A stretch of 61,874 nucleotides of DNA, counting the filler, from Theionarchaea archaeon (GTDB taxonomy: Archaea > Methanobacteriota_B > Thermococci > Methanofastidiosales > SZ-28-30), in NCBI GenBank assembly GCA_018992565.1. It is 3 parts of 3 records of this genome, joined end to end, with 100 filler letters (N's around TTAATTAATTAA, not from the genome) between each part and the next. Parts side by side here need not be neighbours in the genome. Positions count along the whole stretch, not along the records: positions 46,620 to 61,874 come from JACVGW010000006.1; 2 more parts are not named here. One strand, 5' to 3'. Of this stretch, positions 50,566 to 60,677 are shown in pieces. Under the pieces are notes generated by a model. The model was not told the origin of the DNA. It saw only the letters and a list, made by a program, of their open reading frames with translations, and did no database searches. Within the stretch, counting starts at the first letter, position 1. Each line of letters begins with the position of its first letter. The position numbers and the translations under genes were made by a program.

Positions 50566-50968
50566 AGCTATTCTTTCCTTTTCTTTTGTTTCCTCATCTT
50601 TTTGTATTGCCAACAGGAAGTATATGCCATGAGGTCTCATGTGACTACAAGGCTGCCACCTTCTTCTGATCGTGGATGGTTTCGCCTCAACCCTGTGAGA
50701 TAAATACGCGTTCCTGCAGGGAGATATATACCCCACTTCATCCTTATAGTCCTTCCCAGACTACCCCGGCGTATTCTTGATTCTTTTGGTCTACCGGAGA
50801 CTAAGGCGGTCTCTTCCAGAATGTGAAGATAAATTGGTTCTGCTTCTGCTACATGTCCAAACCGAAAGACTTAAAAGACACTGCGGTCACTCTTTTAAAA
50901 CGGAAGATCCTTATAGCCTGCTGCAGAAACCAGTCCTGATCTGCAGAATTTCGCCTGGAGGTATCAAC

Positions 50969-52348
50969 ATGCTTGAGAAATTCCCTGCACTGGAAGAGGG
51001 ATATACCCTTCTTATCCAGCCATTTGGTGGACAGATATATCTTGCAATTGACAAAGCAACGAAAATTGGCGCAAAGAGGTATGGGCACGACGTGAATGTT
51101 GAAGGAGCTGTCATTCTGAGAAAATGCACCGGGAGAAAAACAGTAAGAGAAATTGTTGATGAGATTTGTGAAGAATTTGATGATGTCCCTGCTTCAGTGG
51201 AACCAAAGGTCGTTGCATTCTTGAACGAGGCAGTAGAGAAGCGATATGTTCAAATCCAAGATAACCCGCATTTCACAAACAGTTTCATGAAGGGAACAAC
51301 TGACTACATAACTCCTTTCAAGGCAATCGTGGAAGTCACTTCTGCCTGTAACCTACGCTGCATACACTGCTACGGAGATTGTGGTATCAAGTCTGAGAGA
51401 GAGCTCACTACGGATGAGCTCATCACGATTCTGGATCAACTCCATGAAATGGGGACTGAGGGGTTAAACATCAGTGGAGGAGAGCCACTGCTTAGAAAAG
51501 ACTTACTGAAAATACTTGACTACTGCCATGGAAAGTTCACTTTTTCTCTCCTTTCAAACGGGACACTGATCGATGATGAATTTGCCAGAAAGTTTGCTCA
51601 GTATGGCTCACCGCTGCAGGTCAGCATCTACGGACATGAAGACGAAGATCATGATGCAGTCACACGAGTGAAGGGGTCATTCAAGGCAACCATGAGAGGT
51701 GTGCAGAGCATGGTTCGCAACCATGTTTACGTCATGGGGGCCTATCTGTACAAACCGGGAAATCTTGATTACATTGAAGAAATGGCCAAGTTTTGTGCTG
51801 AGCTGGGACTGGCGGTATTCAGAGTCGGAGCACTCGTCACCGTGGGTAGAGGAAAAGATCTCGAGTGGGAAGTAACAGCATCTGAATTTCGTCAAGTTGC
51901 AGACATACTCAATAACTTGGAAAAGGAATACCAAGGAACAATGACTGTGCAGCCGTGGTCTCCCGGAGGAGAACTTCCTAAAGAAGAGATGAACGGCCCA
52001 GAAGAAGGAAAAAGATCTCTCAACTGCGATGTGGGCAGCTACAATATTGTCATAGGCCCAAATGGGGATCTCATACCCTGTGGATTGATGAGGATGAGAT
52101 TTGGAAACTTGCATAGGGACGATCCACGAGAACTCTTCTCCAGAGATCACGTTCAGTACTTTTCCACAATTGAGGCTCCTAGTCCTCAATTGTGTGGAGA
52201 TTGCGAATTCCTGTACAAGTGCCGAAAATGTCATGCAGAGGCAGCTTCCCATTTCTTCAGAGTTGAACATTGCCCCTGGTATGATCAGTTCAAAGATGGG
52301 CCAAAGGTCATAACAACCTGGTTGCAGGAAGAAGCAAACAAATACTAG
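50969..52348 (+). CDS. RRE(PqqD)-radical SAM-SPASM peptide maturase
   Basis: GGAGGT RBS before MLEKF; N-terminal RRE (VN.EG..IL..C.G..TV.EIV..I...F); CNLRCIHC; SGGEP; CDVG..GDLIPC..CGDC....CRKC..C. Confidence 0.92.
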   Translation: MLEKFPALEEGYTLLIQPFGGQIYLAIDKATKIGAKRYGHDVNVEGAVILRKCTGRKTVREIVDEICEEFDDVPASVEPKVVAFLNEAVEKRYVQIQDNPHFTNSFMKGTTDYITPFKAIVEVTSACNLRCIHCYGDCGIKSERELTTDELITILDQLHEMGTEGLNISGGEPLLRKDLLKILDYCHGKFTFSLLSNGTLIDDEFARKFAQYGSPLQVSIYGHEDEDHDAVTRVKGSFKATMRGVQSMVRNHVYVMGAYLYKPGNLDYIEEMAKFCAELGLAVFRVGALVTVGRGKDLEWEVTASEFRQVADILNNLEKEYQGTMTVQPWSPGGELPKEEMNGPEEGKRSLNCDVGSYNIVIGPNGDLIPCGLMRMRFGNLHRDDPRELFSRDHVQYFSTIEAPSPQLCGDCEFLYKCRKCHAEAASHFFRVEHCPWYDQFKDGPKVITTWLQEEANKY

Positions 52349-52443
52349 AGTACAAGAATATTGCGCAGAGAAAAGAGGAAAAAAGGTAGTGAGAGCTCTT
52401 AAGAAAAGAGCCCTTTGTTTGTCACATCAGTCGACAGGTTGCC

Positions 52444-52572
52444 CTATGGGATGGATGGGATGTATGTGATTGAGCAGACATCGTGACCCGCATCACAGAT
52501 GTTTGTGGTGCAGACATCGAGCCCTGGCTTGCATACATATGCAGCCTCTATGAAGATTGGTGTTCCGAACAT
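52444..52572 (-). CDS. Putative RiPP precursor, 42 aa (not in ORF track)
   Basis: GGAGGTGA RBS; MFGTPIFIEAAYVCKPGLDVCTTNICDAGHDVCSITYIPSIP; convergent with rSAM maturase. Confidence 0.78.
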   Translation of the reverse strand: MFGTPIFIEAAYVCKPGLDVCTTNICDAGHDVCSITYIPSIP

Positions 52573-52790
52573 GTGTTTCACCTCCTCTTTTTGAAAGGAT
52601 AAAGGGTCCCCGGCATAAGTAATTTATTGGAGTCAAAAAGATCAATTTTGGGTAATGAATAATAACCTGTGGAATGTTACTACCTAGTGACAACGGAAAT
52701 ATCAAGCAAGAGTTTTATCACGTCCTCTCTTAATTGCCCTATATAGGCTATTCCTTGTTATTTCAAATAAGAAAGATCCAAATTTCAGAA

Positions 52791-53321
52791 TCAAGAGAAA
52801 AGAATCATTGGAATGTCACACCTTCTCACTGTGACATAATTGTCACTTATCTGCAAGAGCTCGGAATTTTCATAGTCAGGATTAACCGTCAGGATGACCT
52901 CTATGTGGTTTTCTCGTGTGTAATCAAAGAAATCTTCCACATTTTTCTTTGAACCATTCCTCGCCATGAGGTCAAACCGATCGATTGCGAGCCTGGTGAA
53001 TCTGACATCTTCATGAATCGATTTCATCAGCTCAAGGAGCGAATCCATATGAAGATTCTCTCCATTAATCCTCAAATTGATTTCACTAAGGTTCTCAACA
53101 TCAAACATCACTATGGAAGGGGAATTCGCGAGATTTTCCAAGGGCATTCCATAGTAGTTCATGAGGCTCTCGATTTCTTCAAGAGTTGCTGAACCTGACA
53201 GAAAACATCCATATTCTCCATGAACTGTGGATCCCCTATAGACAAACTGCAGGGAGAAGGCAGTGCAAATAGCCTCCTCTCCTTCAATTACTGTAATACT
53301 TCCTTTTTTCATAGGGCTCAC
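52791..53321 (-). CDS. KaiC/RecA-like ATPase domain, degenerate
   Basis: KGSITVIEGE, F..QF...G...GE, RLAID; Walker A absent. Confidence 0.6.
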   Translation of the reverse strand: MSPMKKGSITVIEGEEAICTAFSLQFVYRGSTVHGEYGCFLSGSATLEEIESLMNYYGMPLENLANSPSIVMFDVENLSEINLRINGENLHMDSLLELMKSIHEDVRFTRLAIDRFDLMARNGSKKNVEDFFDYTRENHIEVILTVNPDYENSELLQISDNYVTVRRCDIPMILFS

Positions 53322-53516
53322 TCATCCAGGAGTTCCTGGAGCGCCGCCTGGTATTCCATCAGTGGGGATCACTCCACCGAATAAGAGGAGGCGGCATGCT
53401 GTTACGACATTCTGGGGCACAGCGGGACATGAGAAGTCATCAGACTCGCAGATGACCCCGCAGAAACTGCATACCATCAATGCCACGACAGCTACGACTG
53501 CGATTCTCTCTTTCAT
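53322..53516 (-). CDS. Small secreted peptide, 64 aa
   Basis: Signal-peptide-like N-terminus, Gly/Pro-rich tail DGIPGGAPGTPG; directly abuts downstream gene. Confidence 0.6.
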   Translation of the reverse strand: MKERIAVVAVVALMVCSFCGVICESDDFSCPAVPQNVVTACRLLLFGGVIPTDGIPGGAPGTPG

Positions 53517-53582
53517 CTTGCATCACCACCCCTTGGTGGTCTGGCAAAGATTTATAAATTACTTGAGGCGAAAAAGTCAATA

Positions 53583-54689
53583 ATGGGGAAGATCCACAGG
53601 ATAACCGAGAGTGAAAAGAAATTGATAAACGTCATGGGTAGCCTTCCTGAGACTTCTCCAAGAGAACTTCTCAATTATACTAAGTACAAGTGGGTCAGTA
53701 CTGTGGTGAGAAAGCTTGACAACCTAAAAGAACGTGACATAATCTGGGGACCGTACTATGCAGTGGACTATGGCAGACTGTGCCGAAACCCTCTCAATAT
53801 CCTGGTATGTATCATAGAATCCAATCAAAGCTATGAGACAATCATTTCATATCTCTCACTGATTGAACCTCTCAAGTGGATCTATCCCGTCATGTCTTCC
53901 TACAAGAAATTGCTGCACGTGGGGTTCGTGTCTTCAAGTGATACAGAAATGAAGGTAATCCTTGATCTTCTCAAGACAAATGACATCATATCGGAGTATA
54001 TTGCCCGCCCCTGCAGACACAAGTGGATGCTTGAGAACCCTGATTTCTTTGGAGATCCTAATCCCTCTCTGGATGGATTGCTGATTCCTTGCGAACCTCC
54101 TGATATATCTCCAGGATGTCATGATACTGACTGGAATGAAAGCGACATCAGAATCCTTCCCTATCTACAGGTGGGATACAAAGGCGCAAAACTCGTGGAA
54201 ATACTGAGAGCAGAAAAAAGGCTGAAATCCAGAGAATGGACCTATGAACAGATTAAATATTCTCGCGAGAAGATGGTAAAGAGAGGACTGATTGAAAAGA
54301 GATATTCTATATCACCATTTCCGCGGAATGAATGTGCTCACTTCGTCATATTCCTGAAATCCAGCAGTATCTCACTGACACAGATGATGATGCACAATTT
54401 CGTCAAGGGTGAGAGGGTATACAAGGAATATACATTGTGTGGTGATTGGGGAATGCTCATATTTCAGTCCCATCCCGTATTCTTGACTGACTTGATGTAT
54501 AAACTGGACGGAATAGACCAGATTAAGGAAAAAGAACTCTATCAGCTTCGTTCATATCCAACTAAGTATTTTTTCAAGCAATCCCTTGAAGATAAGTATT
54601 ATGACTTTGAAAACCAGACACTGAAATATCCGTATGATACATACAAAGAGAAGATTGAAACTGAGCTGGAACGTAGTTCAGCCCTGTGA
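53583..54689 (+). CDS. Putative transcriptional regulator (tandem Lrp-like wHTH/ligand domains)
   Basis: Two HTH-like segments (ITESEKKLI...STVVRKL..L; WNESDIRIL...EQIKYSREKM..RGLI). Confidence 0.6.
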   Translation: MGKIHRITESEKKLINVMGSLPETSPRELLNYTKYKWVSTVVRKLDNLKERDIIWGPYYAVDYGRLCRNPLNILVCIIESNQSYETIISYLSLIEPLKWIYPVMSSYKKLLHVGFVSSSDTEMKVILDLLKTNDIISEYIARPCRHKWMLENPDFFGDPNPSLDGLLIPCEPPDISPGCHDTDWNESDIRILPYLQVGYKGAKLVEILRAEKRLKSREWTYEQIKYSREKMVKRGLIEKRYSISPFPRNECAHFVIFLKSSSISLTQMMMHNFVKGERVYKEYTLCGDWGMLIFQSHPVFLTDLMYKLDGIDQIKEKELYQLRSYPTKYFFKQSLEDKYYDFENQTLKYPYDTYKEKIETELERSSAL

Positions 54690-54691
54690 CT

Positions 54692-56611
54692 TCAGGTTGC
54701 TGCCTGACTGTCTGTGTGATTTTCGAACCGATTTATGGATCCTTTCACCCGTTTCACCAGGACCTCTTTCCCCTCACCAACCATGGCCTGGTCAATGACC
54801 TCATCCAGTGTCTTCACAGGTATGATCTCAATTTTCTCGAGATTGCTATGGCTCAACATGACGTCGCCCAGATTGGCATATGGTATCAACACTTTCTCAA
54901 TCCCGGCTTCAATGGCTGCCTCAATCTTGGCATTCACTGCCCCAATGGGCAAGACTTCTCCCCGTACAGACAAGGAACCCGTCATGGCAATATTCTGCTT
55001 TACAGGAAGCTCTTCCAGAGCAGATACAACTGCAGTGGCAATGGACACACTTGCCGAGTCCCCCTCCACTCCCTCATAGGTTTGCAGGAATTGAATGTGC
55101 ACATCAAACTGGGACATGTCTTTCTTTGCGTATTTCTTTATCAGTGCAGAGACATTGGCCACTGCTTCCTTGGCGATCTTGCCTAATTTGCCTGTGGCAA
55201 TGACCTTTCCTTCTGATCTACTAGAGGCGGGAGGCGTTTCGGCTTCAATAGGAGTCAAAATACCAGATTCCCCTGACCGTCCTATGACAGCCAGCCCATT
55301 GACTCTGCCAATCTGCAGTCCAGCGGTTCGCATTACCTGGTACTCTTTCTTCTGTTCTATGTATCTGTCAGCTATCTGATGTTCCAGCGTGCGGGCAAGT
55401 TTCCTTGATTCTAAAATATCTTCAACATCCACGTATTTCTTGCCTTTCTTAATAGCCAGATCTCCTGCTGACCTCACCAGTCCTCCCAGATCCCTGAATA
55501 TGCAGCTCAAGTGTCCCTTCCTGCCGGATTTTCTTCTGCTCTCTCTCAAAATCTCAAGGACAGCTTCTTTTGTAAAATGAGGAATCTTACCGTCTTTAAC
55601 CACTTCTTGGGCCACAAATTGGACGATCTTCTTTCTATTCTCTGGTGTATCTGGCATGGAATTGTTCATGTAGATTTCATACCCGTATCCTCTTATTCTA
55701 GATCTCAGGGCTGGGTGCATTTGATTTACTGTCTCAAGGTTACCTGCAGCTACCAGGACGAAGTCGCAGGGGACGGGGCTCGTATGTACCATAGCCCCTG
55801 AAGACATTTCGGACTGCCCTGTAATAGCGAATTTCTTGTCCTGCATGGCAGTCAAGATTGCCTGCTGCATGTTCACCTTAAGAGTTGAAATCTCGTCAAT
55901 AAACAGCACACCTTTGTGCGCCTTGTGGATCATTCCTGCCTCAACTCTCTCATGAGCAGGGGTTCCCAAGCCACCACTCTGGAAGGGATCATGTCTTACA
56001 TCGCCCAGGAGTGCTCCAGCGTGGGCTCCAGTAGCATCCACAAAGGGGGCATGTTCCTTGTCTGAATTATCCACCAGCACTTTTGGAACCATAATTGATG
56101 CCTTGCTGCGCACAGACTGCAACAAGAACACCATCAACATCATTATCAAAATGCCCAGCAGAATAGTATTGGGGTCCAAATTGGAGCGTATCACCAGATA
56201 TGCAATGATTACTCCCATGAGCAAAAAAAAGATGAATTTTGATCCTTCCTGCTTCTTGGCACTTTCTCTGTCCCGTTCCACAATGTCGCGTGCTTCTCCT
56301 GCAGGGACTGTCCGTATTCTGGGGGTATTAGGATCTTCATAATTGGGATAAGCAATAACATCCTGGAGCTCTTCGCGGGGAAGCAATTCCGCCATCGCCT
56401 GTCCCAGCATGGATTTGCCATTACCAGGATCACCTATGAGAAGAGCATTCCGTCTCTGTCGAGCAGCTATCTTCACGAGTTCCACAGCATGTTCCTGTCC
56501 AATGACCTGATCGATCAAGAAATCAGGTATCGGGACAGTCTGGGTGGTTTCAAAATCAACACCCAGGTCTTCCAATTCATATTCCTGGACGAGCTCCAGT
56601 CTTTGTCCCAT
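54692..56611 (-). CDS. lonB: Archaeal membrane-anchored Lon protease
   Basis: DQVIGQ, GDPGNGKS, TM insertion, HDPFQSGG, EGDSAS catalytic Ser, downstream Lys. Confidence 0.97.
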   Translation of the reverse strand: MGQRLELVQEYELEDLGVDFETTQTVPIPDFLIDQVIGQEHAVELVKIAARQRRNALLIGDPGNGKSMLGQAMAELLPREELQDVIAYPNYEDPNTPRIRTVPAGEARDIVERDRESAKKQEGSKFIFFLLMGVIIAYLVIRSNLDPNTILLGILIMMLMVFLLQSVRSKASIMVPKVLVDNSDKEHAPFVDATGAHAGALLGDVRHDPFQSGGLGTPAHERVEAGMIHKAHKGVLFIDEISTLKVNMQQAILTAMQDKKFAITGQSEMSSGAMVHTSPVPCDFVLVAAGNLETVNQMHPALRSRIRGYGYEIYMNNSMPDTPENRKKIVQFVAQEVVKDGKIPHFTKEAVLEILRESRRKSGRKGHLSCIFRDLGGLVRSAGDLAIKKGKKYVDVEDILESRKLARTLEHQIADRYIEQKKEYQVMRTAGLQIGRVNGLAVIGRSGESGILTPIEAETPPASSRSEGKVIATGKLGKIAKEAVANVSALIKKYAKKDMSQFDVHIQFLQTYEGVEGDSASVSIATAVVSALEELPVKQNIAMTGSLSVRGEVLPIGAVNAKIEAAIEAGIEKVLIPYANLGDVMLSHSNLEKIEIIPVKTLDEVIDQAMVGEGKEVLVKRVKGSINRFENHTDSQAAT

Positions 56612-56846
56612 AGCCGAACTCGCTTGAACAAACTTAAAAATTTATCGGTAATCGCAATGGGGACTCTTGTGACTTATATGTTATTTTTACCTTTAAATAT
56701 CAATTTAATAATAAAGATGGAAACATAGAAGACGTATACCGTAGCTGCGGCACGCCTTGTTCTGGCATGAAGGTGGCTTCGTCTGATACCACAGTCCCCG
56801 CCATCATGCCAGGAAATGCTTTTATGTTATGTCATTATGCTGGTGT

Positions 56847-57776
56847 ATGAGGCTCTTGTTTTACCTTTCTGGAGAACATGCTGGAATGGCAGAAGCAGAG
56901 GTACGAGCCTTGCTTGAGACGTACCATGTCCCGTGGACATGTCTTTTTTTTGAAAATCAGGTAGCAGTCTATGAGACTGAAGTTTTTCCTGGACTGTCCA
57001 GGCTATCCATGACACACAAGGTCTTATCCTTGGATTTTACTCTTTCCAGACGCCCTTTCAGAGTACGGGTGAAGAAGCTCCTCTCTGGGGATGCAGACAG
57101 CCTACAGCTGGAAAGGGAGATAGCAGATACTCTACAGCAGGAACATGGCAGAATCCCCGTTGATCTTGAAAATCCAGAGCAGGAGATTTACTGCATCATA
57201 CAGAAAGGAACACGGTTCACAGGAAAGACAATCATGGATTTTCCTTATTCTTACGAAGAAAGAAAGCCACACTTCAGGCCATATTTCCATCCGTCTTCCA
57301 TTCACCCTCGAATAGCCAGGGCTCTCGTGAATCTGGGAAGATGTAGCGTTGAAGTGCTGGACCCCTTTTGTGGGACAGGAGGCATTCTCATTGAAGCAGG
57401 ACTCATGGGACTTGAAGTGAAAGGGCTGGATGTCTCAGAGGACATGGTGGCAGGAACCAGGAGAAATCTGGAGCACTTTGGGATTGGGGCCCATGAAGTA
57501 TTCCAGGGCGATGCTACCTGTGTGCAGGACTATTTCTGTGAGGTTGAATCAGTAGTCACAGACGTGCCTTACGGCAAGGCTTCACGACTTACCTCCGCTC
57601 GGAAAATATTGTACGAGAAAACATTTGATTCCATTCAGAATATCACCAAGAAAGCTTGCATTGTACTGTCCTGTCCCTATGATTTCGAAAGAATTGGATA
57701 TAGCACCAGAGAGCATTTCATCCTGCATGTCCACAAGAGCCTGGAGAGGCATGTCTATGTACTATCTGTGGAGTAG
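56847..57776 (+). CDS. tRNA (m2G10) methyltransferase Trm11-like (THUMP + MTase)
   Basis: LSGEH, VDLENP, RPYFHPSS, DPFCGTGG, TD.PYG. Confidence 0.85.
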   Translation: MRLLFYLSGEHAGMAEAEVRALLETYHVPWTCLFFENQVAVYETEVFPGLSRLSMTHKVLSLDFTLSRRPFRVRVKKLLSGDADSLQLEREIADTLQQEHGRIPVDLENPEQEIYCIIQKGTRFTGKTIMDFPYSYEERKPHFRPYFHPSSIHPRIARALVNLGRCSVEVLDPFCGTGGILIEAGLMGLEVKGLDVSEDMVAGTRRNLEHFGIGAHEVFQGDATCVQDYFCEVESVVTDVPYGKASRLTSARKILYEKTFDSIQNITKKACIVLSCPYDFERIGYSTREHFILHVHKSLERHVYVLSVE

Positions 57777-57780
57777 GGAG

Positions 57781-58845
57781 TCAGAACCATTGCAAGAGGG
57801 TTTCCTGGTATGTTTTTGTTGCTCTCAGGTTAGTCAACCGAATCCCCAATAACCGTATATACTCCCCACGGAATTCCTGAAAGAGCTCCCTGGACACAGC
57901 AATAATCACGTCTTTACCATCAACATGGTAGGGTAAGGTCCGACTACGATTGTAAGTCCGAAACTCCTTGAGTCTCACTTTTACACTCACAGTCCTGAAT
58001 TCCATAGTCCTCTGGTGGAGTCTTCTGGCCAGCCGTTCTGCTATCCACTCTACAGCATTGAAAATGTCCTGAACATTCTTTGTATCTTTTGCAAACGTGT
58101 GTTCTTTGCCCATGGAATGTACAGAACCCCTGTAGCCTACTGGTCTCTCGTCTTTTGCATTTGCCACAACCCACAGCCAGCTACCAGATTTCCCCAGAAT
58201 TCTCTCTAGCTGAGCTACATCAGTCTTTTCAAGCTGTTCAATAGTAGTTATGCCATGATCATTCAAGACTTGTCTGGTTTTCTTTCCCACTCCACTGATC
58301 TTTTCCACCGGTAATGGTCTCAAAAAGGACAATACATCCTCTTGAGGAACAACGGTGACGCCATGTGGTTTCCTGAAGTCAGAGGCAATCTTGGCCACAG
58401 ATTTACTGGGTGCAATACCAACAGAGCAGGTAATGCATTCATGAGTCAGTATGGAATGCTGTACTGCCTGTGCAAAGTGATAGGGCGTTTGGTACTGGGT
58501 GACTCTCCGGGTAACATCAAGGTATGCCTCATCAATCCCGGCTCTCTGAAAAACATCTGCAAACTGGGCGAGAATACCCATGACGTTTTCAGACACACTC
58601 TTGTACAGTTGGAAGTCGGGCCTGAGATATACTCCTCCGGGACACAGCTGGAAAGCCCTAGATATGGGCATGGCAGAATGAATCCCGTACTCTCGCGCTT
58701 CGTAGGAACAGGTTGTTACTACACCTCTTCCTTTCTCTGGATCTCCTCCTATGATTACAGGTAGCCCTTTGATGTCTGGGGTTTCCCTGATGTGACAGGA
58801 CGCGTAAAATGCATCCATATCCACATGCGCGACAGTACGTTCCAT
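57781..58845 (-). CDS. dinB: Y-family DNA polymerase IV
   Basis: HVDMDAFYAS, SYEAR.YG, IDEAYLD, AKIASD..KP.G, C-terminal QETLLQWF PIP box. Confidence 0.95.
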   Translation of the reverse strand: MERTVAHVDMDAFYASCHIRETPDIKGLPVIIGGDPEKGRGVVTTCSYEAREYGIHSAMPISRAFQLCPGGVYLRPDFQLYKSVSENVMGILAQFADVFQRAGIDEAYLDVTRRVTQYQTPYHFAQAVQHSILTHECITCSVGIAPSKSVAKIASDFRKPHGVTVVPQEDVLSFLRPLPVEKISGVGKKTRQVLNDHGITTIEQLEKTDVAQLERILGKSGSWLWVVANAKDERPVGYRGSVHSMGKEHTFAKDTKNVQDIFNAVEWIAERLARRLHQRTMEFRTVSVKVRLKEFRTYNRSRTLPYHVDGKDVIIAVSRELFQEFRGEYIRLLGIRLTNLRATKTYQETLLQWF

Positions 58846-58967
58846 TGCTGTATCAAAGGAGAAGATGTTATAGTTTTTTGAGGGAGAGCGGCGGAAAAAT
58901 AAAATGGAAAAAAAGACTTTAGGTTTCAGATGTGGAAGACTCAACGACTGCGCATCAATCTCTACAC

Positions 58968-59348
58968 CTATTCACAATCCCAGCCGCATGTCGGATAGCA
59001 TGTCGCATCTGGGCATGTATACGAACACGTGAAGTCGCATGTCACAGGGCCAGTAGGAGCTGGTGTGGGCCTGATGCAGGGTGGTTCGCATGTTCTAATA
59101 GTCGTACCTAGAGTGTCGGAAGAGGATATGCTGTGACAGCGTGGAGAGTCGTACTTCAGGTCGTTGCCTTTTCCAGTCATATATAGAAAATCGACCAAAG
59201 GTATCAGAAAATTCATATCAGTACTTGCTTGCTCCATTCTCACCGTGAAGAGAGGTGTGGTTGCTACAGAGGTACCAGAAGTCACAAACAGAGTGGTCAA
59301 CAGTATAGCTATGCCGACTGTCACGGACAGGGTTGGTTTCATTCTCAT
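58968..59348 (-). CDS. Secreted protein with C-terminal TCxxTC cysteine ladder
   Basis: GGAGGTGA RBS before MRMKP; signal peptide; tail TCDFTCSYTCPDATCYPTCGWDCE. Confidence 0.75.
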   Translation of the reverse strand: MRMKPTLSVTVGIAILLTTLFVTSGTSVATTPLFTVRMEQASTDMNFLIPLVDFLYMTGKGNDLKYDSPRCHSISSSDTLGTTIRTCEPPCIRPTPAPTGPVTCDFTCSYTCPDATCYPTCGWDCE

Positions 59349-59461
59349 TTTTCTCACCTCCATTCTGATAGAGACCCAAATCAAGAAATCCTTATAAATG
59401 TTCCGCCACAATTGGTGATAAGAATCTATAAAAGAAAATATCATATAAAAAAAAGAAAGAA

Positions 59462-60562
59462 TCACATGTTATTCTTTCCAGATATAATAGCTGACCTCAA
59501 TGCGTAAGCCCTTCCCAGGTCCTCCAGGGTTACTACGCCCATCAACTCTCCTTTCTCGACCACAGCAAAAGCACTGCGCTGGTTCTGCTGCATCTTCTTG
59601 TACACTTCGCTCAATGATTCGTCCCCACTGACAGAGGGTGTATCTCGTCTCACTATCTTCCCAAGCTGAATCCCCAGTCCATGCTCATGGATTGCAGAGA
59701 GAATATCATCGCGCGTGACCACTCCAACGTACGTACCGTCTTCTGTCACCGGGATTACTCCCCCACACGCACCGTGAAAGATGCTCTCCACAATCTGAGC
59801 CAATGTCGTCTCTGCAGGGATTGCTGCACACTGCGTGTTCATCACGTTCCTGACCCGTAAATCCTTGAGAATCTCGCTCACCACAACACTCTGTTCTTCC
59901 GATGAAGCCCCCAGATATACGAAGAACGCAATGAAAATGAGAAAGGGATTGACCAGAAGTCCCCCAGCCCCGAAAAGAATGGCAAACCCCTTGCCAATGG
60001 AGGCTGCCACCCGGGTGGCTCTGGCATAGTTCATCCTCTGAGCAAGGTACGCCCTGACCACTCTCCCGCCATCCATAGGGAAGGCAGGCAGCAGATTAAA
60101 GAGTGCCAGAAGTATGTTGATCCATCCCAGATACACAGGGATGTAGTCCCAGCTGGTGGCGATCTTCTCAAAACTGAAATCCAGAATTGTATAGCCCACT
60201 ATGTAGTCCAGTCCCAACACAATGAATCCAATAGCCAGACTGGTAAGAGGACCAGCAAGGGCCACCTTCAGCTCTTGTCTCGGCTCTGATGGCATGCTCT
60301 CCATGTTGGAGACCCCTCCAATGGGCAGCAGAGTAACGTCTCTCACTTTAACCCCATATTTCTGGGCCTGCCTTGAGTGGGCTAATTCATGGAGTACTAC
60401 AAATACAAAAAGAACACTAACGAGTAAAGCACCACGCAAGGCTGCTTCCAGTCCATATTGATACCCGAAGAGAGCCGCATATGCAACGATAAGCATGGGG
60501 AAGGTAATATGCATCTTCAAAGGAATTCCAAATAGTGTAATAATCTTATAGGACCACTTCAT
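59462..60562 (-). CDS. M50 site-2 protease with CBS pair
   Basis: HELAH, LAGP, FNLLPAFPMDGGR, CBS domains. Confidence 0.93.
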   Translation of the reverse strand: MKWSYKIITLFGIPLKMHITFPMLIVAYAALFGYQYGLEAALRGALLVSVLFVFVVLHELAHSRQAQKYGVKVRDVTLLPIGGVSNMESMPSEPRQELKVALAGPLTSLAIGFIVLGLDYIVGYTILDFSFEKIATSWDYIPVYLGWINILLALFNLLPAFPMDGGRVVRAYLAQRMNYARATRVAASIGKGFAILFGAGGLLVNPFLIFIAFFVYLGASSEEQSVVVSEILKDLRVRNVMNTQCAAIPAETTLAQIVESIFHGACGGVIPVTEDGTYVGVVTRDDILSAIHEHGLGIQLGKIVRRDTPSVSGDESLSEVYKKMQQNQRSAFAVVEKGELMGVVTLEDLGRAYALRSAIISGKNNM

Positions 60563-60577
60563 AGTCTTCAACACGTC

Positions 60578-60677
60578 NNNNNNNNNNNNNNNNNNNNNNN
60601 NNNNNNNNNNNNNNNNNNNNNNNNNNNNNNNNNNNNNNNNNNNNNNNNNNNNNNNNNNNNNNNNNNNNNNNNNNNNN
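60578..60677. other. Assembly gap (100 N)
   Basis: N-run. Confidence 0.95.
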
